DNA of 58,092 nt. Origin: a virus (taxonomy: Duplodnaviria; Caudoviricetes). Every line of letters starts with the position of its first letter. Within the stretch, counting starts at the first letter, position 1. Of the stretch, positions 1 to 7,868 are shown piece by piece. The notes under the pieces were generated by a model, which was not told where the DNA came from, ran no database searches, and worked only from the letters and a program-made list of their open reading frames with translations. The stretch spans positions 1-58,092 of IMG/VR virus record IMGVR_UViG_3300042924_003258, one strand, 5' to 3'. A program made the translations under genes and the position numbers.

Positions 1-118
1 TCAACAAACCAGTCCTTGATTTTCTTCGGCTTGCACTTGTACCAGTGCCACCAGCCGTTCAACTTGTGAATGCCGCCTGCGATGCGGTCGTTGTGGATGT
101 AGCGGGAATGCGATTCGT

Positions 119-370
119 TTAGGGGTTGCCACAATCGGCCCCCTTCCACGCCACCGCGTTTGCCCTGATCCCGTACACGCAGAACCAGTCAACCTTGCCG
201 CGATCCGTTTCAATCACCATCTTGCAAAGGCCGTTTGGGTGGCGGTCTACGAACGCCTCTTCGACCACAAGCGGCTCGCCCAGACCGTTCCAGATTGTCG
301 TGCCGCTGACGAGAATGATTCCGTCGCGTGTGTAGCACGGGGCGGATAAATAGTCGTCGTTACTTGGCAT
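119..370 (-). CDS. hypothetical protein (copy A only)
   Basis: MPSNDDYL...KGADCGNP; overlaps the stop of the upstream gene. Confidence 0.6.
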   Translation of the reverse strand: MPSNDDYLSAPCYTRDGIILVSGTTIWNGLGEPLVVEEAFVDRHPNGLCKMVIETDRGKVDWFCVYGIRANAVAWKGADCGNP

Positions 371-932
371 CACCAGCCCCCTTCCGCGCGTTCTCGATGG
401 CGGCGGTGATTGCCTCAGCCAAACCGGGAACATGCTGGCAGTGATGCTTGATGACGACTTCTTCTGCTGCCAGTTGATCCGCCGTCTTCACCTTCGCCTG
501 CTCGACGTACTCGCGGACTTCGAAGCCGCGTTCGTGCCACGATTCGCATTGACGTACCAGCCATTCGGCGGCGGTCTTCTCGTGCGTGACGAAGATGTCG
601 GCCCGTCCTTCACCGACCCACGCTCGCAGTTCGATATCCCGCACCCCCCACCTCCTCCCCCCGCCCATCGCGGCGATGGCGGCGCGGGCGAGGTGTCGGC
701 ACTTGCGGCTAAGGAAGTCGTCTGCGGACTCGGTGTACGCCTGCAGCTTGGTTGGCATGTCATCTTCATGCGTCTTCGCTTCCTGAAAGATCGCCCTCGC
801 CACCCTCTCCACCTGCTCGGCGTCGGCGGGGGGCTTGGGCGGCTCGACCGGCTTGGATGCGGTTGGCGACGGGACGTAGACCCCTCGCAATGCGGCCCGC
901 CTGATCTGTTCGGCCTCGATTGGTGTCTTCAT
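360..932 (-). CDS. hypothetical phage protein (copy A only)
   Basis: ATGA-coupled start MKTPIE with AAGGAG RBS; contains 'VERVARAI...ARAAIAAM', a motif common in phage accessory proteins. Confidence 0.7.
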   Translation of the reverse strand: MKTPIEAEQIRRAALRGVYVPSPTASKPVEPPKPPADAEQVERVARAIFQEAKTHEDDMPTKLQAYTESADDFLSRKCRHLARAAIAAMGGGRRWGVRDIELRAWVGEGRADIFVTHEKTAAEWLVRQCESWHERGFEVREYVEQAKVKTADQLAAEEVVIKHHCQHVPGLAEAITAAIENARKGAGDAK

Positions 933-1267
933 TCTGCACGCTCCTTCTTGGCCTTCGCTTCCAGCACACGACGCACGACGCGCCGCCATTCGCCCTTGTG
1001 TCCTTCTGTTTCGCCTTCCCATGTTCCTAGCGTGTCAGTACCTTCCCAAAACGCTTCGTACGCAACGCGGGCGAGGTCGTCGATGGTCTTGTCGTCAGGC
1101 ATTGCCCTCAACTCCTGGTTCTCGCGGGCGAGGCGGGCGAGTTGTTGCTCCATTGCCTCGATCATGTCGCAGGCGTCTTCAATCACACCGTTGCCCGAGT
1201 TGGCTAGGTTGCGAGTGATTGCGTCTCGGTGTTCTTTGTTGTTGAAGTCTGGTGCGTAATTGCTCAT
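929..1267 (-). CDS. hypothetical phage protein
   Basis: GGAG RBS; C-terminal half is homologous to 53710-53892. Confidence 0.7.
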   Translation of the reverse strand: MSNYAPDFNNKEHRDAITRNLANSGNGVIEDACDMIEAMEQQLARLARENQELRAMPDDKTIDDLARVAYEAFWEGTDTLGTWEGETEGHKGEWRRVVRRVLEAKAKKERAE

Positions 1268-1313
1268 TGGTTCGGCTCCTTCCTGTTGGTAATACCCCGC
1301 GTCCCACGGTCCA

Positions 1314-1670
1314 CTAGCCCAAGGTGGGTCCATTCTGCTCCCCTCCCCTCGCGGCTTCGGCGGCGGTGCGCTTTAGGAATTGCTCGCACGCCAGTTGCGG
1401 ACTTGCAAAGTTGCCCGTGCCGTGGGCTATCTGGAAGATCAAGCCCTCAGCCTGCTCGCAGCGAAATCGGTAGTCTTCCATCGCGGCGCGTAAATCGGCG
1501 GCGGTCCTGTGGTCGCTGCGGAACAGTTCGCCGCCGACATACTTCTCCAACTGCTCGCAGCGGGCGAGGAGGGTTTCGTAATCGTCATATCGAACCCAAT
1601 CGCCGTTTGCCACGCGATGCTCGCACCAATCGCCTTTCATGTCGTACCGCGTCACTTGCTCACTCGCCAT
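1314..1670 (-). CDS. hypothetical phage protein
   Basis: GAGG RBS; homologous to 53885-54166 (MASE, TLLARCEQ, AAEAARGGEQN). Confidence 0.7.
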   Translation of the reverse strand: MASEQVTRYDMKGDWCEHRVANGDWVRYDDYETLLARCEQLEKYVGGELFRSDHRTAADLRAAMEDYRFRCEQAEGLIFQIAHGTGNFASPQLACEQFLKRTAAEAARGGEQNGPTLG

Positions 1671-1911
1671 GCTTCACCTCCTCGCCGGGGATGCGGACGA
1701 TGCGGACGGGTCCGCCGTATTGGAGTTCGTGTCCTTGGGCAGCTTTGATTGCAGCCATTTCTGTGTCGTACTCAATCGCAGCGTTTATGCAACGCCAACT
1801 GCTAAGCGTTTCACACCAGTAAAAGTATTGAAAAGTCCACCTGTCAGGCCACGCTTTCGGGCGTGGCGTGGTTGGAATCTCGCTGGTTGGTTGTGCCGTT
1901 TCACTTTGCAT
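1660..1911 (-). CDS. hypothetical protein (copy A only)
   Basis: GGAG RBS before MQSETAQ; tightly packed. Confidence 0.55.
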   Translation of the reverse strand: MQSETAQPTSEIPTTPRPKAWPDRWTFQYFYWCETLSSWRCINAAIEYDTEMAAIKAAQGHELQYGGPVRIVRIPGEEVKHGE

Positions 1912-2092
1912 TGCCGTTCTCCTTCTTCCGCCGTTCAATCTCCGCACGCAGACACTTCGAGCATGTGTACCCGCCACGCGCGGGATGCCCGCACACGCCC
2001 ATCGAGTACGTCTTCCACGGGTGGTCCTCGACTTGCCACGCGAGCCGACGCTCAAGCACGCCGAGCGAGTTGTCTTTCAGGTGGTTGGTCAC
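1901..2092 (-). CDS. small Cys/His protein
   Basis: GTG start; CGH...CSKC; conserved at 54156-54347. Confidence 0.65.
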   Translation of the reverse strand: MTNHLKDNSLGVLERRLAWQVEDHPWKTYSMGVCGHPARGGYTCSKCLRAEIERRKKENGNAK

Positions 2093-2361
2093 TTCGCTAC
2101 CCTCCGCTTCTTCGCGGGCTTCTGCCGTAGCGACTGTTCCCACTCCGACACCGCACGCTCTATTGCTTTGGGCGTAAGTGAAAACACCTTGGTCTTCCTC
2201 TCCCGCTTCCGCCTGTCGGCTGCGACGGCGCGGCGGGCGTAGGCGTTGATCGCGTCCGCGAGCCTCCAACGATCCTCCGCCACGTCTGCGGCTGTCAACC
2301 CGAACCCCGGCTCGATGAACCGCGCCGCGATCCTGAATGCTGCGTCGATCTTGCTGCTCAT
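2089..2361 (-). CDS. hypothetical protein
   Basis: ATGA-coupled to the MTase; shares MSSK and RAVAADRRKR with 54398-54598. Confidence 0.6.
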   Translation of the reverse strand: MSSKIDAAFRIAARFIEPGFGLTAADVAEDRWRLADAINAYARRAVAADRRKRERKTKVFSLTPKAIERAVSEWEQSLRQKPAKKRRVAK

Positions 2362-3104
2362 TGGTGTGCCTCGCTTTCCATGAATGCTCTCACGAACGCC
2401 GCTGCGACTTCTGGGTCAATGGCGTTTCCATAGCCCTTGATAGCGACTCCAGCCACACTACTGGATAGCCCATCAGATACCCCACCAGTGCGGCCGGCGG
2501 GTACAGAAACCCGTATCGCTTCCTGAACCAGTCTCTCAAATTCGTGCGGTGTCCTCGTTCTCGCGATACGCCCGCACCGTTCCCGTCGCTTGCTCGGGGC
2601 CTGGGATGTCGCAACGATGTACAGCCTGTTGCCGACGTACATGCCGCCGAACTCACAAGCCGGAAGTACGCACGGCCACACTTCGTAGCCGACGCTTTCC
2701 AAGTCGCCGGCGACTTCATCGAGCCATCCACACCCGATAGCCGCTGCAACCTGTTCAAGAAAACACACCGCCGGCAAGCACTCGCGGACGAGTCGGAACA
2801 TCTCGGGCCACAGGTGCCGCTCGTCGGCTTGGCCTTTGCGCTTGCCCGCCGCGCTGAACGGCTGGCATGGGCAAGAGCCTGTCCAAACAGGTCGGTCGTC
2901 GGGCCATCCGGCGAGCTTGAGGGCGTAGTCCCAGCCGCCGATGCCAGCGAACAAATGCACGCGCCCGTAGCCTCGCAGGTCTTCCCCTCGCAGTTCTGTG
3001 ATGCTTCGCTCATCGACGACTCCATTCGTCACCAGCCCTTGCTTGCACAACTCCCGCAGCCATGCGGCGGTCTTCGCGTCCCATTCGTTGTAGAACGTGG
3101 TCAT
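2358..3104 (-). CDS. C5 cytosine DNA methyltransferase, alpha frame (allele A)
   Basis: FAGIGG (motif I), SCPCQPFS (IV), EQV (VI), GYGNAI (X). Confidence 0.9.
   Translation of the reverse strand: MTTFYNEWDAKTAAWLRELCKQGLVTNGVVDERSITELRGEDLRGYGRVHLFAGIGGWDYALKLAGWPDDRPVWTGSCPCQPFSAAGKRKGQADERHLWPEMFRLVRECLPAVCFLEQVAAAIGCGWLDEVAGDLESVGYEVWPCVLPACEFGGMYVGNRLYIVATSQAPSKRRERCGRIARTRTPHEFERLVQEAIRVSVPAGRTGGVSDGLSSSVAGVAIKGYGNAIDPEVAAAFVRAFMESEAHQ
2390..3025 (-). CDS. overlapping +1-frame MTase beta polypeptide (putative TRD plus motif IX-like segment)
   Basis: 211-codon ORF nested in the alpha gene, with PRPRASD and LMGYP; the frame is also open in allele B. True start uncertain. Confidence 0.7.
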   Translation of the reverse strand: MESSMSEASQNCEGKTCEATGACICSLASAAGTTPSSSPDGPTTDLFGQALAHASRSARRASAKAKPTSGTCGPRCSDSSASACRRCVFLNRLQRLSGVDGSMKSPATWKASATKCGRAYFRLVSSAACTSATGCTSLRHPRPRASDGNGAGVSRERGHRTNLRDWFRKRYGFLYPPAALVGYLMGYPVVWLESLSRAMETPLTQKSQRRS

Positions 3105-3391
3105 TGCTCGCTTTCCACCCTTCGCCACACCCTCGCCCGCCTGTCGCTCGCAGTCTTCCGCGTGAACAGGCACAACTCAATCTTGAACTCTTCCGCCAGT
3201 TCCCCGCGTCGGGGCCGGTACGTGTTGCCGGGGATGCCAAGAGCTACTTGCCCCTCCTCGTCCGTCGCGCCTTCGTCGCCCTTGCTCGCGATGAACGCGA
3301 GGATGCGGGCGCGGTCGCTGGCTCGCTTGGCGTCGGTCTGCGAGAGCGCGGCTTCGATGCTGGTGGTTGTTCCGTTGTGGGGGGCGGTCAT
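3101..3391 (-). CDS. winged-HTH-like phage protein
   Basis: GATDEEGQVALGIPGNTYRPRRGEL; nearly identical at 55359-55652. Confidence 0.75.
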   Translation of the reverse strand: MTAPHNGTTTSIEAALSQTDAKRASDRARILAFIASKGDEGATDEEGQVALGIPGNTYRPRRGELAEEFKIELCLFTRKTASDRRARVWRRVESEQ

Positions 3392-4278
3392 GGCTTCACC
3401 TCCGGGAATTGGCGAACTCGCAGGTCTTCGGGCCACTCGGACGGGTCGCCGCCCTTCTTGTCGCGCGGCTTGTACCACCGCTCGATGTTCTCGCCGCCGT
3501 CGTCCCACTCGAACGGCATGAGAGAGACGTGTGCCCGCCCGCGCTTGTTGAGTTCTCGTGGTTTGCTGCCAAGTTGTTTGACAAACACAGGAACACCCTC
3601 GGCTTTGCAGTCGGTGACAACCCGGCGAATCCAATCAATGTCGCATGGACGCGAGTTGTTCCCGCTCTCTCCGCCAACGATCACCCAATCAATCCAACCA
3701 ATGTGAAGCGGGAGCGATATGTCAATCGGGCCAACTAGCGGCTCGCACGAAAGGAAACGACGGCCCGGAACTTGTGCAAGGTCTTTGATGCACTTGTCGG
3801 CTGTCTCTTGGTTGCACGGGCTTGTGCCAGTCAGCGCGTTTGTGGGCCACTGGTCCAGCCACTCAGACGGAACCATCCGCGTGACGTTCTCGGGTCGCTT
3901 GGTCAGCAGCTGCCATTCGAGCCACGGTGTCTTTTCGATCATCTCAAACACGCGGCGGCGCAGCCTGTCCACTGTCCATTCGAGTTCCTTGCCCTGCTGG
4001 TCAACAACGGGGCCTTGGTAGTCTTCAAACAGGTCGCACATGCTTGCACAGAAGACCCGGGCCTTCACGCCCAAGTCTGCTGCCTGCGCGTTCCACTTGG
4101 CGGGCTTGCCCCACTCACCAAGCACCATGCGACGCGGGTTGTTGCCCCAATGCGAAGGACCAAACCGCTTGTCGAGCGTTTCCGCGTAGCAGTTGGTGCA
4201 GCCGGAATGTACCTTCGTGCATCCCCACCACGGGTTGAACGTGTGGTTCGTCCACTGAATATCGCTGTTGCTGCTCAT
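3388..4278 (-). CDS. DUF5131 / phage Gp37Gp68 family radical-SAM-like protein
   Basis: IQWT..TFNPWWGCTKVHSGCTNCYAE, SMCDLF, LLTKRP, FLSCEPL, WVIVGGESG, FVKQLG. Confidence 0.92.
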   Translation of the reverse strand: MSSNSDIQWTNHTFNPWWGCTKVHSGCTNCYAETLDKRFGPSHWGNNPRRMVLGEWGKPAKWNAQAADLGVKARVFCASMCDLFEDYQGPVVDQQGKELEWTVDRLRRRVFEMIEKTPWLEWQLLTKRPENVTRMVPSEWLDQWPTNALTGTSPCNQETADKCIKDLAQVPGRRFLSCEPLVGPIDISLPLHIGWIDWVIVGGESGNNSRPCDIDWIRRVVTDCKAEGVPVFVKQLGSKPRELNKRGRAHVSLMPFEWDDGGENIERWYKPRDKKGGDPSEWPEDLRVRQFPEVKP

Positions 4279-4448
4279 CGCCGTTCCTCCATCCGCTTCA
4301 ACCCCTCAACGCACGCCGTGAGGGTCGTGAACGACGGCCCGTATCGGCCCGGCTCGTTCACGCATCGCTTCGCCGCCTCGTACAACGCTTCGAGCAACTT
4401 CGCTCGCGCGGCTTGGTCTTCTGAGTGGGTGATTGGGTTTGCCTTCAT
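4275..4448 (-). CDS. small hypothetical protein
   Basis: 57 aa, MKANPITH; ATGA-coupled at both ends. Confidence 0.55.
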   Translation of the reverse strand: MKANPITHSEDQAARAKLLEALYEAAKRCVNEPGRYGPSFTTLTACVEGLKRMEERR

Positions 4449-4675
4449 GCTGCACGCTCCTTCCGCTTGACCTTCTCAACCACCACGCCTCGCGGCCTGA
4501 CAATCACGTAGACCCCATCACCGCGCTTGTTGCTCACCTTGATCGCGTACCACTTGCTCCGGTCGGTCTTGCGGCTAGACGCCGCACACTCCACATCGCC
4601 GATGGCCTCGTACCCTTCAACGCCCTTCACTTCGACCAGCAGTTCCCAGCCGTGTTTAGTTGCTCGTACTGGCAT
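4445..4675 (-). CDS. hypothetical protein
   Basis: TAATG coupling and AAGGAG RBS. Confidence 0.6.
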   Translation of the reverse strand: MPVRATKHGWELLVEVKGVEGYEAIGDVECAASSRKTDRSKWYAIKVSNKRGDGVYVIVRPRGVVVEKVKRKERAA

Positions 4676-4926
4676 TAGGCACGCTCCTTTCGCCGCCAGA
4701 GGACGCCTTCAATGTCGTTGGCCTTCTTGTTCTTTCTCTCAACCAGCCCGTTCCGCTCCATCCATCGCAACGCCTTCGAGAACTCGGATGGTTCGGCAAC
4801 CTCGCCCGTAGCCACGGTCCAACGCATTCTGATGCGGGCAACATCTTGCCATTCGGTCGGCATCAGTTCGATAATCTGCCTGCTCATCTTCTGGTGTCTG
4901 CGAACTAGGGTTTCCATGCCGCTCAT
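4675..4926 (-). CDS. small winged-helix-like protein
   Basis: SKALRWMERNGLVER; conserved at 55828-56079. Confidence 0.7.
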   Translation of the reverse strand: MSGMETLVRRHQKMSRQIIELMPTEWQDVARIRMRWTVATGEVAEPSEFSKALRWMERNGLVERKNKKANDIEGVLWRRKERA

Positions 4927-5378
4927 GCCGCACACTCCTGTCTTACGCCAATCGCTGCCTTGCACTTCGCAACGGCTTCGATAACATCTTGCTCACCCGC
5001 GTCAATCCTGGCTTGACACGTTTCGGTCAGGTACTCCAGTCCTCTATTGCTGCGCCACATACACGCGGCAATCTCGGATGCCGAAGGCTTTGAGGTCATC
5101 TTCGCAAGGCAGTACGCCGTGACCATCCTCGCGAATGCGATAGATTGCTGGCGGTCCTTGCCAAGTATCAACTCGACGTGTACGCCAAGAGCCTTGGCGC
5201 ACGCATTCCTAGCGGCGTCTAGTGATGATGTGGGTGAGCTAAACATATCTCGCCAAGTTTGCTCAAACGCCACAATGCGAATATCTCGCTCTTGTTGTGC
5301 CGCGTTGTCCCAGAAGTCAGGCCCTTCAACGCGATCCGTGAACATCTTGCAGAATTTTTCAGTCAACGCCAGCATCAT
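4923..5378 (-). CDS. DnaA C-terminal (domain IV)-like HTH protein, allele A
   Basis: ACAKALGVHVELILGKDRQQSIAFARMVTAY...SASEIA pattern. Confidence 0.7.
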   Translation of the reverse strand: MMLALTEKFCKMFTDRVEGPDFWDNAAQQERDIRIVAFEQTWRDMFSSPTSSLDAARNACAKALGVHVELILGKDRQQSIAFARMVTAYCLAKMTSKPSASEIAACMWRSNRGLEYLTETCQARIDAGEQDVIEAVAKCKAAIGVRQECAA

Positions 5379-6691
5379 TCTTCCTCCACAACCATCCCAA
5401 ACTCATTGGTTCGCAGCGTCATGCTGTCAAAGAAAAGACCGATCTTCCTTCCGGCCCCCTTGCCTCGCCTTGCCTTCTTCACGGTTAGTACGCGGTTACA
5501 TTCAGTCTTGAACGATCCGTCGTCACCCAGAAGCGTCAATGTCTCCGGCTCCATCGCCGTCAGCCACAGCACCGTGTCAACATGCCGCTTCCACGCCGCG
5601 CCGCCCGCCATCTCTTTGGCGTGGTCGCCCATCTTGGGGTGAATGACAACGATCAGGCTCGCGCCGTGCTTGCTCACCGCCGAGCGAAGGTCGCCCAGCA
5701 GTTCCTTGTCCGCGATCCACGGCTTGTCGCTGGGTGCAGCACTGGTGATCGGGTCCACCAGTAGCACGCGAACCCCGGCCTGAGCCTGCGAGTGGACCCA
5801 TGCGGCAACCTGGTCGTACGTCGCCTCACCCTCCGCAATTTCGTGGCAGCAGGTGCCGAACTCAGAAAGCCATTCGGCGTTGTCGGCCTGAATCTTGCGG
5901 ACCCGATCAGCGTTGCGGCGTACCCATTCAGGATCGTCCAGTTGGCTTTCGCCGACCCGCATGGCCAGCATCCGAAGCAGGTGCATAGCCCGGCCCGATT
6001 CCAGTTGCAGCATGGCGACCGATTCGCCCGCGTTGTGCATGTTCATCAGGGCTTCCGCCGCGATCATGGACTTGCCAGCCCCGGGGTCGCCGCAGAGCAT
6101 CGTGATTGTGCCGGGTTGCAGGGCGTTGGTCGTGAAGTGAATGGCGTTGAACCCAGCCCACTTGACCGACCGGACGCCCCCGGCAATCGCCGCGTCGAGC
6201 GTGGCGTTGACTTCCTGCGCCGCCGATCCCTTGCCCGACAACCGGGACGCCAGATGCCGGGACACGCGGGCGACCTTGTTGGCGAACTTGTCGATGAACT
6301 CCTGCGTGTCGGCGGTCCATTCGCCCTTCTTGGCCGCGTGGTCGATCTGGCGGGCTTCCATGACCACCGCACGGGCGGCTGCCGCCAGAAGCACTAGGCG
6401 GGCGTAATAGGCAAAATTCGTCGGGGAGGGTACCGACCCCGCCATCTGCTCCCACAAATCGATCAGAGAGGCATCCACGGCCAGCAGACGCGAAGCCAGC
6501 AGCGCGCCGTCAGCGCGCTCGCCGTATTCCCGATATCCGCTGGCAAGAATCCCAAACATCGTCGCGTGCCTTTCGTCGTGGAAACTCTTCTCCGTCAGAA
6601 CCGCCATCACTTCCGGGATGCACTTGGGGTCCAGGGCCATGCTGCCCAGCACCGCCATCTCTGCCGACAGGTCTTGCGGTACTTCATCCAC
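5375..6691 (-). CDS. dnaB: DnaB-like replicative helicase
   Basis: N-terminal PQDLSAEMAVLGSM; Walker A GDPGAGKS; Walker B VLLVD; follows the initiator gene. Confidence 0.85.
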   Translation of the reverse strand: MDEVPQDLSAEMAVLGSMALDPKCIPEVMAVLTEKSFHDERHATMFGILASGYREYGERADGALLASRLLAVDASLIDLWEQMAGSVPSPTNFAYYARLVLLAAAARAVVMEARQIDHAAKKGEWTADTQEFIDKFANKVARVSRHLASRLSGKGSAAQEVNATLDAAIAGGVRSVKWAGFNAIHFTTNALQPGTITMLCGDPGAGKSMIAAEALMNMHNAGESVAMLQLESGRAMHLLRMLAMRVGESQLDDPEWVRRNADRVRKIQADNAEWLSEFGTCCHEIAEGEATYDQVAAWVHSQAQAGVRVLLVDPITSAAPSDKPWIADKELLGDLRSAVSKHGASLIVVIHPKMGDHAKEMAGGAAWKRHVDTVLWLTAMEPETLTLLGDDGSFKTECNRVLTVKKARRGKGAGRKIGLFFDSMTLRTNEFGMVVEEE

Positions 6692-7568
6692 TGCCCACCC
6701 CCATCGCCCTGTCCTTGGCGCGTTCCCGCCGCAGGTACGCCGAGAACTCTTCCCGCTCCTGCTGCGTCATGGGTGGTGGCTTGGGTGTGTCGTCGTCGTC
6801 GTCCGAAACGAGCGGGGTTTCCCACCGGGACTGGTTCAGGTACGTTTCCGCGTTGGGCACGAACTGCTGGCCCTGCTTCTGCCACTGCTCGGATTGGGAC
6901 ATGGCCCGGACGTGGCCGATGATCTTGTCTGCCAGCACGTCCAGTTTGCGGGCGCGCCACTTGTCTTCGCACTTGGACTTAGCGATTCGCTTTGGCTTGG
7001 GGTACGCCTGCCAGAAGTCTTCAAACCGAACCGCCTCACCACCCACAGCCCGACGCGGCTTCCGCGTCGCGGCGGGTGTTTTGTCCTCTACTCTCCTATC
7101 CTCTCCTATCCTCTCCTCTCCTAAGTCACTTGACGGGCAGTAGGCAGTCACTTGACCGTCACTAGGCGGGCACCCGACCGTCACTTGACCGTCACCTGAC
7201 GGGCAGTTGACCGTCACCTGACCGTCACTTTCAACCAGCCACCCCTCTTTTTGAAGCAATATCCACGCTTGTATGGCGTGTTCGATTGGCAACCCAAACG
7301 TCCGCGAGTACCGCTCGGGACCGAACGGGCCTCGGTCGTCGCGCAAAACCCCGTCCCGAAGTTGCCGTTTGCCGCGCCGGGCCATCCACTGAACCAGCAC
7401 ACCGAACACGCCAAACGCGATGGTGCCTTCGGGTGTGCGAGTCAAACACAGGAACGCCTCACCTGCCTTGGTGGGCCAGTTGACGTATCGGGGATGGTCG
7501 AGCGTCCGCGTTCGGTTGTTCTCGAACGTCTCGTTCCAGTCCTTGATCTTGTAAAGCGTTTCAGCCAT
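6684..7568 (-). CDS. phage replication initiator (lambda O-like) with internal iterons
   Basis: YKIKDWNETFEN N-terminus; 11-aa repeats; C-terminal FEDFWQAYPK...VPNAETYLNQSRW. Confidence 0.85.
   Translation of the reverse strand: MAETLYKIKDWNETFENNRTRTLDHPRYVNWPTKAGEAFLCLTRTPEGTIAFGVFGVLVQWMARRGKRQLRDGVLRDDRGPFGPERYSRTFGLPIEHAIQAWILLQKEGWLVESDGQVTVNCPSGDGQVTVGCPPSDGQVTAYCPSSDLGEERIGEDRRVEDKTPAATRKPRRAVGGEAVRFEDFWQAYPKPKRIAKSKCEDKWRARKLDVLADKIIGHVRAMSQSEQWQKQGQQFVPNAETYLNQSRWETPLVSDDDDDTPKPPPMTQQEREEFSAYLRRERAKDRAMGVGSG
7125..7228. repeat. Iteron array, probable replication origin
   Basis: GTCACYTGACCGTCAC at 7147, 7180 and 7213 (33-bp period); GTCAC recurs at 11/22-bp spacing; adjacent CTCTCCTATC repeats at 7091-7120. 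Confidence 0.8.
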
Positions 7569-7627
7569 GCTCGCGTCCCTGCGACCTGTAAACATCCCAA
7601 AACCTTTCACTTGCTTTCAGAAGCGGT

Positions 7628-7795
7628 CTACTCGATCTTCCTGACAACGTTGCCCTGCTCGTAGTATCCGAGTTTGGCAAGTTCCTGAACGTGATTCCGC
7701 AGGTTCCAAATTGAGAACCCGATCATCCCGAACAAGCCAACGAAGAACACGATGAACGCCGCCGCTACCCACTTGCTGTCGCTGTCCTTTTCCAT
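7628..7795 (-). CDS. small membrane protein
   Basis: One hydrophobic helix, WVAAAFIVFFVGLFGMIGFSIW; GGAG RBS. Confidence 0.6.
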   Translation of the reverse strand: MEKDSDSKWVAAAFIVFFVGLFGMIGFSIWNLRNHVQELAKLGYYEQGNVVRKIE

Positions 7796-7868
7796 GCTGC
7801 ACTCCTGCGGCCAAGCCGCGAATCCAATCCCCACCCTCCGCGTCTCCACGGAGGGGGGACCACACCAA

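Larger units (their letters stand above)
1..6918. repeat. Copy A of a long imperfect direct repeat (partner 53592-58092)
   Basis: 1-145 matches 53592 onward. About 5385-6918 matches about 56559-58092: scattered SNPs up to ~5830, apparently identical after that. The region in between is patchy. Confidence 0.95.

Noticed and set aside
2358-3104. Diversity-generating retroelement explaining the A/B variation
   Set aside because: No reverse transcriptase is present and the differences are not adenine-specific.
1-6918. Simple circular-assembly overlap or T7-type direct terminal repeat
   Set aside because: The two copies differ in gene content and alleles, and they lie in the replication region rather than at the expected genome end.
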